A stretch of 64,000 nucleotides of DNA. Source: Octopus vulgaris (taxonomy: Eukaryota). The stretch lies in the NCBI GenBank assembly GCA_951406725.2, contig OX597826.1, positions 34,100,001 to 34,164,000 on the forward strand, in the 5' to 3' direction. A model generated the notes under the pieces. It was not told the DNA's origin. It saw nothing but the letters and a program-made list of their open reading frames with translations, and did not search any database. The position numbers and the translations under genes are program-made. Of the stretch, positions 53,379 to 64,000 are shown in pieces (the first letter of the stretch is position 1; the number at the start of each line of letters is the position of its first letter).

Positions 53379-56278
53379 AATATTAATAGTCACAAGCTCG
53401 GAAACTCGACTAGTAAAGTGAAGTTGCCGTTCATTCATTGATGATCATAGCGATGATTATCAAGGTAATGGTTTTGCAGCAGATAATAATGCCAAGAATC
53501 TGTAGGTTTGAATTGCTTTATGAGTGCATGAAACATGTACCTATTGAGCCGTTTGGCAATGCTTATCAAGGAATTAAAGTATTAAACATCTTTTAGTTAG
53601 TTTATGTTTTAATGGGAAAGTTATGTTTTTCCCTCCCGTAGCCATTCTATCATGCCGGCGAAAAGAAAGTAAAATAAAATAATTATGTGCAAGCATAGGA
53701 ATAAAACAATGTCTCTTGTTTTCAGAGACGTGATTTTATATACTGACAATTGTTTAGCCTTGAAGACAGAATCTGGTTCATATAAACCATAGCCATCATT
53801 CAAGGATGGTTCAATAAAATAAACTGTACTTTCTCCAATGAACTAAAATGAACTATACCTTCTCTAAACGTTTTAGGGTTCTGAGCAGATACACTCTAAG
53901 CCGTCCCAGCCTTGATAAAGCTGATCTTTCAGGATGTGACAGCTGGAGGTCAGAAAGCTCTACCAACACTAGACAGGTAGTTTCTGCCTCTGATAGGAGA
54001 AAAGTGTTAGACTCACTTAGATTTGAATCTTGAATAAAAAGTCTGAACGAATATTAGAAATTGCAAACCATTCTGTCCGATGCTCAAACGAATCGATCAA
54101 TCGGTCGCCTCAAACACAACTACAGCCGGCACTTGCAAGCATGTATAATTTCATAGCATGCTGGGAAAATTCATTAATTTTGGTGCCCAGATAATCGAGA
54201 GGAAACACAAAAACCACATAGGCCCTCCTAAATTTGAAGTAGTGAAACAAACAGTTTCGTGGAGAGGGGGGAGAGTAAGGAGTACCAACACAAACTGGTA
54301 TTTTATTTTGCCCCAAGGAATGAAGGTAATGAAGATTTAAGCGGGATTTGAACCAAGCACGCTGGGATCCAGAAAAATACACAATGCATCAAGTCCGAAG
54401 CTCTAATCATTCTACGATTCGATTGCCTTAAGTGTTCAATATAGAAATAAATAAAATAGGTATTTAAATGTATTTAAGGAGGTTGAAAAACCCAGAAAAT
54501 TGGCTCAATTATGATGATGTGAAGCAGGTGAAAAATCTACCCCGGGATATGTTGCTAGTGAAAGCACTGGCAGCATTTCAATGGGTACTCTTTGAGCCGC
54601 CTGAGTGAAATGAGAATCCATACAATATTCTGTTGTTCTAGGTAGGCAGAGATAATGATATGTCAGTACTAGATATGAACTCATGAACAATGAAGCAAGC
54701 AGTTTTATATCACCGTTACCTTCTTATCTTCTTATCTTCTTGGTTATCATGCTATCTTAACCTATCTGGATTACTTTGCCATCTTGACAACCTTACTACG
54801 TGGTTATTTAGATATCTTCTCTATTTTGCTATTTCGATAATCTGAGATATCGCACTAACTTAGTTACTTTGTGGTTATTCTTGACAGTTTAGTTATTTTA
54901 CTATTCTATCGTGACCATCTGTCTATTTAGGTGACTTGGCTATTTTTCTACCTTGCTGTTTTGGTCATCTTGCTTCTGCAATAATATTCAATGTAGCTTC
55001 AATTTACTTAACTAGCAGTTATAATTACCAGACATTCTGGACGTGTTATTGGTAATAAGCTAGCAACCAAGCCCAGAGGAAAATTCATCACTTCACGCTC
55101 TCATATTAAAGCTAGATAATAATGGTAATATATTGATTTAAATTTTCAAGTATATAACTGAGCTTGCATAAATTTGAGATTAAAACTGTCTATTAGAAAT
55201 AATGATTCTGAGATTCAATGCAACGTAGAGTAATGAATATACTGTATAGGGCAGCAAGTAGGAAATAAAACAAAACAAAACAAAAGTTAAATCCAGAGAC
55301 TCAGACAAATGTGAAATCTGTGCAAAGCATAAACCTAGAAAACATGCGTTTAATAGTCCAGACAGTTTAAATAATTATTGCAATAAATTATGAGAGTTAT
55401 TTGAGCATGTAATATAGGATTAGTTTTGGTCATTTATTGCGATAAATCGACACGTCTTCCCCGTGATTAAATATAATTAAATTTAGTGTGCACAATTTAA
55501 TTATTTTTATGTGCTAATTGCATAACGAGTGTGTACAAATCATATATGCTCAACGTAGATTGAACGCATAACACAATGCATCGCTAAAGGCTAAGAACTG
55601 TCGTCCCAATCCACACAGACTTTGTGTAAATAAATCCATAACGAGCATCATTACCAGCAAGCCACCTCTCCATTATATTTATTCATAAATTGGATTGAGC
55701 TCGGCTGTTTGAACAAAACCAATCTATAGATGCCTCACTTAGCACATTTGCATTATCTGTTGATTCAGGAATTAACAATATCCGGCAAAGACTAACATTT
55801 TCTGTGCAAGCTATGGAATCACAAGCCACCAGACTAGATAATTGCAGGGTTTTAAAAAATATTAGCGTTTTGTTTTAATTGTTTTCTTGCTTTTATGAAT
55901 GTTAAATTTGGGGAAATTGGTTATAGGCAAAAAAGTAAAAAAAAAAAAATAAATAAAAGGAAGAAAATATCCAATAATAATAAATAATACAAATAAAATA
56001 ATGATGCTGCTGTTGCTGCTGGTACTAATGATGATGCTTATGATGATGAAGATAATAATAATGTTGATGCTGACGGTGTTGTTGATGATGATGCAGATGA
56101 TGAAGATAATGCTGAAGTTGGTGGTGATGATGGAAATGATGATGGTAAAAAAGTGACGCGAATAAAAATATTACATTGAAAAAACAAGATAAGTGGGAAA
56201 ATATCGAAAAAATATTAAAAATATAAATAATGTAAAAAGAGGGAAAAAACTATTACCGTCCTAAGCTATTATTATTAC

Positions 56279-56341
<63 letters not shown>

Positions 56342-56784
56342 ATTTGTTATTTTTCTAAAATGATGATAGCGTCAAGGATATAATATTCTCGAGCATGCTG
56401 CTATAATATTAAAACCAAATAGACGGTGTGTATTTTTATTTTACAACCACTGTTAGAATGATCTTTAGTAACTCATACATTTATAGATTAATAATACTTC
56501 ACACTTACTGAAACCCTCACTCTGTCATAGACACTTACATACACACAAACTCACACATATATAAACATTCGTCAAATAACTATGTTAATGAATTCTCCAC
56601 CAACACACACGCAACGAGAGCTGTGATTGTGGTATTCTTTCTTTAATAAAATCTGAAGCAGTCCTCTGCTACTCTGTACATTATGAAATCACCTGTGTCC
56701 ACCGCTGAAACAAATATCATTAAACATCCTGCACGAATATATTTATCAAATCATCAAGTAGATTAAAATCTGATAGAAAACGCG

Positions 56785-56996
56785 CAGACTGTGACATGCC
56801 TTGACTGAGAGGTCCAGACTGTGACATTACCAGATGACGACAATCATAGTGTGTAATATTACCAGACCGTAATATTCCCAATCTGATATGTCGAGGCTCT
56901 AATTTGTTCAGAATGTGAAATACTTATTTTGTAACATGCTCTGACTTTGACGTATTCAGCCCGTGACATATTCAAACGGTGATATGTACAGACTAT
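56785..56996. repeat. Degenerate ~16-bp minisatellite (~13 units, consensus cagactgtgacatatt)
   Basis: Units include cagactgtgacatgcc, cagactgtgacattac, cagaccgtaatattcc, cagaatgtgaaatact, ctgactttgacgtatt, cagcccgtgacatatt and caaacggtgatatgta. Confidence 0.75.
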
Positions 56997-57184
56997 CAGA
57001 TTGTTAATCTATGTCAAAGGATAACCTGATACTGACGCTGCGATATCTGAATCATGTTGTTGTTATCCGTCCGCCAGGTACACGTTTCCTTACAGCCCTG
57101 AGTTAAATGCAAATTTGGGTTGAGAGGCCCGCGTTCGAACTACTTCCGCTACTTCTACGAATCTTCAACCACTTTGACGGTGAG

Positions 57185-57224
<40 letters not shown>

Positions 57225-57226
57225 GT

Positions 57227-57518
57227 GGAGGCCCATGGCCTAGTGGTTAGAGCAGCGGATTCGTGGTCGAGGGATCGCGGGTTCGAATCTCAGACCAGGC
57301 GATGTGTGTCTTTATGACCGAAACACCCAAAGTCCACGCGGAAGAAGGTAATGGCGAACTTCAGCTGAAACTTTCGCCACAACTTTCTCACGCTCTTTCC
57401 TCCTGCATCTTGCAGCTCACCTGCGACGGAACGGCGTCCTGTTCAGTTGAGGAACCTATACGCCAAAGAAACCGGGAAACCGGCCCTTATGAGCCAGGAT
57501 GGCTCGAGAAGGAATACA

Positions 57519-57523
<5 letters not shown>
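57227..57523 (+). mobile_element. tRNA-derived SINE family C (tail type 2, V-domain-like)
   Basis: A box tggcctagtgg and B box ggttcgaatct. The 3' part cctgcgacgga..gcgtcctgttcag...gaaaccgggaaaccggcc resembles the V-SINE domain as I recall it. Confidence 0.85.
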
Positions 57524-57563
<40 letters not shown>

Positions 57564-57778
57564 CGAGGGGTGCTGAAAAGTTCCTGGCTGTGGGTAAAAG
57601 TATACAAGAAAATCAGTAAATTACGATTTTATCCAACGTATTCCCCCTCTCAGATTCATACACCTATTGCAGCTGTCCTTAAGTTTTTCTAAGCCTTGTA
57701 AATAGAACTTGGAAGGTCGGGCCTCCAACAAACCCTTTCGAGATACCCTCAAAACCAGGAACTTTTCAGCACCCCTCG
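57564..57778. mobile_element. Mariner-derived MITE (215 bp)
   Basis: Perfect 24-bp TIRs cgaggggtgctgaaaagttcctgg and a TA TSD. The internal remnant (minus strand KLKDSCNRCMNLRG) resembles a mariner transposase C-terminus. Confidence 0.93.
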
Positions 57779-58144
57779 TATATATATAGGTAGGAAGGAA
57801 AATAGTCTGTGGGACTATCGTCGATGAAGATTTACACAACAGTACTTTCTGGGATATATTCTGGTCAGTCTATGTTGAACAGGGAGTTACTGCTGGAAAA
57901 CAAGTCCTCAAACAGAAGAGCGACATCATATGAAACTGTCTTAGGCGCACCATGGAATCCGTTCCTTTTCACATGCATGTTTTAATGACAAAGGATCGCT
58001 AACTTGTCGAATAATGTTATATAACAATCAAAATAAATGTAATTATGTGATGGTTTTGCTGTAGATTTCGTTGAACAGAATTCAACACATCGATCAATAG
58101 TCGTTAAAAATTAGAATTAAATTAATGCCTTCGTATTCAACAGA

Positions 58145-58315
58145 CATTCCTGGACCGGGTAATGCATCATGTTCTTGAGTAAAATACTTCCTTTCACGTT
58201 GTTCTAGTCCATTCAGCTGGCAAAAAAGGAGTAATCCTGCGACAGATCAGCATTTATACTCCACTGAAACTGGAAAACTAGCCCTTATGAACCTGGCATG
58301 TCTCGAGAAGAAAAT
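58145..58315 (+). mobile_element. Old SINE fragment sharing its 3' tail with 57227-57523
   Basis: cctgcgacaga...gaaactggaaaactagcccttatgaacctggcatgtctcgagaag. Confidence 0.6.
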
Positions 58316-59027
58316 ATTTATTTATTCTATTTTATTCAACAGACAAATTTCTTTTGATGTAATCTGGAAGCTGAATCTGTTTGATATCCTATAACTAGGT
58401 TGAAATTTGAATCATGCTAGAATCGACCCCAACAAATTTCACTCAATTTGCGGCAGTCCAAATCCATTCAGAATATTAAGATTGGCCAAAGAACATGGCC
58501 CTCATAAAATAACCCAAGAAGCTATGAAGTACGTTTAAGACAAAGACCTTATAATTTTGAAATGAATTCCTGAACTTTTCTACTATGATGCAATGTAAAA
58601 TTATTTGTTGAGAGTAGAAAAGCAAATCATAAACGTTTCAAGTATATGCCGCCATTGAAGACGGAGAAAAACAGGGCAAAGTGGAAAAGTTTTTATATGA
58701 GAAGTTATGGCGAAAATAGATAAAAGAAATAAGTAGTTATATCTGTATGGATGTAGTGTCTAAAAATGGATTAAACTTATTTCTGTCTTGCAATTTTATC
58801 TTTATCTTAATATAAATAATCAAAACGATATGTGAAGATCTATCATGTCACATGTGAAATATCTTCCAATCAGGTTGCTTGAAAAACACCGATAAATTAC
58901 CGGAGGCATCACTTGTTCATATATGTTTGTACGAGTGTTATAATTTCAGAACTAATTGGGTCATATAAAGACTACTCTTATTAACATCTTTTTCAACTAC
59001 TGTATATCCATCAAGTGCACATAATTT

Positions 59028-59076
<49 letters not shown>

Positions 59077-60835
59077 CTTTTTCTCTATGACATTTTTTCA
59101 AATTGGAAATATTTAAACCCACGCGCTACAGATTAATGATATCATAACGAGAAACTGTAATGCATACAGAAGCTATCTGTCTCAGAGTATGGCTTTTAAT
59201 TCCTTTTGATGCCTGACAGCTTTATAGAGATGCGTTTTTGGTCTACAAACTTGGTAGTTCATTGTTAGTCATACGGAATGAACCATATACCATTTAATAA
59301 CTAAATCAACATCTAATGAGACACCCAATCATGTTCTCCCCATAATTTAGACTTGATCCAATGAAAGATGAAGCTGAAAATCAGGGAATTTCCTTTGTTT
59401 AACCACTGTAAAGTCGTTGTACAAATTTACTCATTTAAAACTGTTCGCATCTGTTTGTTTGTATGTCAATAAAGCGTTATATCAGAGCGTTTCTATTAAA
59501 TTTCTTTTCTTTTCTTTTCTGCCATTCTTGCCAATTTAATTCCACACATACACTCATATACACACACACTCACTCTCTTTCTTTTCTCTCTGTCTCTATC
59601 TCTCTGTCTCTCTCTTTCTTTTACTCGAAACATAAAATAATTCATTTTGGAAAATTGTCGATATTCAGGTCAAAATTTCATTCTAAATTGATTTCTCTAT
59701 CTTCAGAAGTGAAAACATAATGTGGACTAATTTTTTCTAACAGCTAAACATTATATTCTATTGGTTAGTTTATGGCTGTCCAATATTTTTTCTCTTTCTG
59801 CTGGAATGAGTGATCTGGTTTACAAATAATGGTAAAACATTGTTTCAGATGTTCAAACAGTTGATTTAGATATCAATAAATTTCTCTGTAAAGAATGGCT
59901 CTCTGAGAGTTGAGCCATTATCTTTGACCTGGTTTTATTTGAACACTTGAAAAATCAACCAAATATCAAAGCTAGGTTACACACTTTGCTCACAGGGGTT
60001 GCGGAAGGGCTTACTTCTTGTTCCAAAAAAAACGCTAAAAATGTTAAGCATATATTAAATATATTGATTTATTTTCAAACACAACATTATATATTACTGG
60101 TAAATATTTTATTAAGTAGCAATTCAGAATTTAAACAGAGGATAAAAAAAAAAGGCTGGTAACGAAAAGAAAAAAATGTGATACACATTAAATTTCCGTT
60201 TATTCTATTTCGATAAATTTAGAAAATACAATTCTTTTTGTAGATAATATTGATATTTAACATCGGTGCATATCATGAATTCTGGTGAATCGTTACAACC
60301 AATATTATCGATACCAACATTTTGTACGTGTTTTATTTTATCGATTTTGGAAGGATGAAATATAAAGTCATCCACTGCGCAACTGGAATTCAACACATAA
60401 AAATATTTCATTAAATAAAGCAAGACTTTAAATTCACGCACTAATTTTCTGCCAGTTTACGAATTAGAATTTATTTCAGACAAATATTACTATTGAAAAA
60501 AACCCCAACCTAATGCAAAAACAAAAACATCAACAAAATTTACGATAAACAAATAGTGAGAAAAAAATAAGTGAAATCTAATTATTGTTACGGAAGTCAC
60601 AGCGGAGAGTACAGTGTTTCGTACCTTCGTACTTCATCAAGTAAAAGGAGAGAAGCAAAACAGAACAGTAGAAAATTTCACAAAATATTGTTTACAACGA
60701 AAGATATATTTTACGAAATATCACGGTCATTCTAAATATAACTTGATGGAATTCTTAACGGTTGCTAGTCCTTCGTTGCTATACATTGGTACAAAATTCC
60801 AGATTAACACAGAAATGAACAACGTCGTATGTATC

Positions 60836-60883
<48 letters not shown>

Positions 60884-60970
60884 TAATAATATTAGGGAGT
60901 ATAAATCCAAACTTACAGGGAAGAATTCAATTCAGTATTAAATCAAATTTCACAATATATATATATATAG

Positions 60971-61107
60971 TATATATAAATTAGAGAAAAAACCCACTAT
61001 AATGCAATTCGTACAATGATAGACATAAACGAAATGATAAATAAAAAATGGTTTATGTCTATCATTGTTTGAATTACATAATAGTGTTTTTTCTCTAATT
61101 TATATAT
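60971..61107. repeat. Imperfect inverted repeat (~60-bp arms, 20-nt spacer) between (TA)n tracts
   Basis: tatatataaattagagaaaaaac..actat...acaatgatagacataaac pairs with gtttatgtctatcattgt...atagtgttttttctctaatttatatata. Confidence 0.88.
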
Positions 61108-61132
61108 ATATATATGTATATATATACATATA

Positions 61133-61201
<69 letters not shown>

Positions 61202-61219
61202 TTATGTATGTATGTATAT

Positions 61220-61445
61220 ATGTGTGTGTCTTTGTGTCTGTGTTTTTCCTCACGCCATCGCTTGACAACATATATTGGTGTTTATGATCTCATCACTTAG
61301 GGGTTCGGCAAAAGAATCGTTAGAATAAGTACTAGGCTTACATAGCAGAAGTTCTGGCGTCCATTTCTTCGACTAGAACCCCTTAAGGCGGTGCTCCGGC
61401 ATGGCCACAGTCAAATGACTGAAACGTGTAAGAATAACAGAAAAG
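61220..61445 (+). mobile_element. SINE family A, 3' half
   Basis: ccatcgcttgacaac...gttcggcaaaaga...tagaataagtactaggctta...aaggcggtgctccggcatggccacagtcaaatgactgaaac. Confidence 0.85.
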
Positions 61446-61768
61446 AAAAAAGAATGCATTGCAGGTATTATTACATTTAAGAATACTATTCCATCGCGTT
61501 TTCATTGTTTCCTCGGAAAGGACATGAGGCACGAGACATTTCTATTCTGTTATTGCTGTATACGTTTCAGCCGTAAGGAGCATCACTGATTCTTTTATAT
61601 CAATAGACACCATATCGTTTATTACTTTATATTAGCAGTTAGATTATCAAGAGACCAAAGGGCTGGTGATGACATCCTTCCTTTTGCAAATGGCATTTGA
61701 AGAAGAAAGGGAAATTGTTTCGGTAATTGAAATTTTATTGCACGTTCGCTAGAAACCAAGGAGCTATT

Positions 61769-61807
<39 letters not shown>

Positions 61808-61831
61808 CGTATAAAGGAAGAAGGTGCAGAG

Positions 61832-61882
<51 letters not shown>

Positions 61883-62887
61883 ATGAGATCATTAATTTTA
61901 AAATAAAACAACGATTTTATCAAGTGGTCAGCATGGAAAAAGTAACCTTCAAAGGTAATAATTATCAAAATTATAAATTACGGTATCTACCTACGAGATG
62001 CCACCATGCTGAAAATAGCAACCATGATCTGACTCTAAATCCTAATTTATAATTATATATATATATATATATACATCGTATATAAATATATAAATATGTG
62101 TGTATGTGTCTGCGTGTGTGTATTTAGGATGTATATGTATATATATGTATAAGTGACACCCACTGATTATATGTTAATTAAGAGTTTTAAGTCTTATTTG
62201 TTAATTAATTAAACTCTAATTATACTATACCGTGTTTACTTATCATGAATGTTGCATGTTTATACAATGAAAATCTTTTTTAAAAAATCCAAGAAATTCC
62301 GTAAGGTACTATGGGCAAACAGTTTCACTCTAAGTGCAAATCTCAATTGATAAAAATAAGTTAATTCCTTCACGCACACATACACACACACACAAACACA
62401 CATACAGATGCATACACGCAGACACATACATATATATATCTGAATCTACACATACTTATTTGAATCTATATCTGAAAAGGAAATGAAAAATGTGTAAACA
62501 ACTCAATGAATGTCTAAATGCCAGCTATTTATGTATTCCTCATTTACTTCAGTAGTGAGATCTCCTGCTAGGTTTCTTTAACTGTAGCTATTAGGCCACA
62601 GGTGACAAGCAGGTGTTAACAGTTACGTGTCAGACTCCCTCTGGGAAGATCACTATAAAAAGTGGCTGCATCGTCATATAATGCGTTACAAAAAACCAAT
62701 ACAGAAATATCTCTTGGCAGGTAGTAATGGCTGTGGGGCAAATCTGTTGTGTAGTTGGTGTAGATTTGTCTACTTCTAAAATGGTGGTTTGGCGGTTCAT
62801 TTTTTACCTTCTTTTTATATCCCTGTTATATCCGATGATAACAATTAACCATATATATGTGTGTGCATGCACTTACACACACACATT

Positions 62888-62933
<46 letters not shown>

Positions 62934-62952
62934 AATATGCATATATGCATAC

Positions 62953-63007
<55 letters not shown>

Positions 63008-64000
63008 CACCATATAGGCATAGAGATGCATAAATAGAAAGAGAGAGAGAGAGAGAAGGAAATCAAGCGAAGGAGTGAGATTCATAGACACCAATATACA
63101 CAGGGCAGATTCAGATTCATAATATTCTAATTTGAATATTCTAATTGTCAATTAATGAACAAGTGCACTCAATTACTTGCATTGTTTGTGTAATTACATT
63201 TAAATTTACTATTCTTGATGTATATGTTTGTGTGTGTGTGTATGTGTATACTTGTCTGTGTGTCTGTGTGTGTATAAATGGATATATATTTTTTCCTTTA
63301 CCTCTCTCTATACATGCACACACACGCACATATATATGTATATATACACATACATATACTATGAATGTGTATATATATGCATGTATATATATATATGTGT
63401 GTATACACAGACATAAATTTATATATATATGTGTGTGTGTGTGTATATATGTATATATATATCATACATATATATACACATATACATATATATGTATGTA
63501 TGTATATATATATATATGTGGATGTATGTAAACGAGTTGTGTATATATGTATGCATGTGACAGTGTGCATAAACTTAGAATCACAGCATTAAAAGAGAAA
63601 ATAAATGTCAAGTTCGTCAAGAGTGAAGTTTCTCTTACAAAGTTCGGCGTTGAATTTTTTCATTCCGATATTGGAACGAAAACCTAGACGCAGCCGAATA
63701 GTTAGCGTTTAACTGTGATCTTAGTCAAGTGACTTACTTCACTTGTGCAAATAAAATAAAGTTACGTCTCTGTATTTTGCATTCTTATATTTAATCGTGC
63801 CTGATTTTGTAGCAGATGAGGAAACAAAGAAATGTAATCGGTTACAGAAAATTCAAAATGAAAGAATGAAATAGAAGTCAAACATGAATGCCTTCGCAAA
63901 AAATTTGAAACTTTGTTGCCATCATCGGTTACCTGAGAGCTGTAGAATTGTAGAAATGTTAGAATAGTATCCTATGCAATATTTCGTTTATTTCTCTTAT

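Noticed and set aside
57227-57300. tRNA-like sequence with A and B boxes (also at 33481 and 17205-17287)
   Set aside because: No convincing acceptor stem, and the sequence continues into a SINE body. These are SINE heads.
57469-57512. gaaac...cttatga gcc aggat ggc tc gaga as a hammerhead
   Set aside because: It lacks CUGA and has no GAAA after the hairpin. It is the SINE 3' stem-loop.

Overview
This is a very AT-rich, microsatellite-dense eukaryotic window with no supportable host protein-coding gene, rRNA, true tRNA or CRISPR array. It is probably intronic or intergenic. The SINE families and the abundant (TA)n/(TACA)n/(GATA)n tracts suggest an octopus or other cephalopod genome (inference from recognition, not a search). 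Nearly all ORFs in the track are microsatellite translations or decayed transposon fragments. Mobile elements: two adjacent mariner pseudo-elements, two MITEs, many tRNA-derived SINEs (several with clear target-site duplications, one nested), a 5'-truncated Tx1/L1 LINE, RTE and R4/Dong LINE fragments, a possible Helitron fragment and several decayed Penelope-like elements (PLEs). The strongest signal is a set of minimal type I hammerhead-ribozyme motifs from several families, some with non-canonical cores, mostly beside (TA)n tracts or PLE remnants. The best case is a near-perfect 442-bp palindrome (12175-12616) with a complete hammerhead fold on each strand. All folds and alignments were made by eye; no activity or database match was tested.
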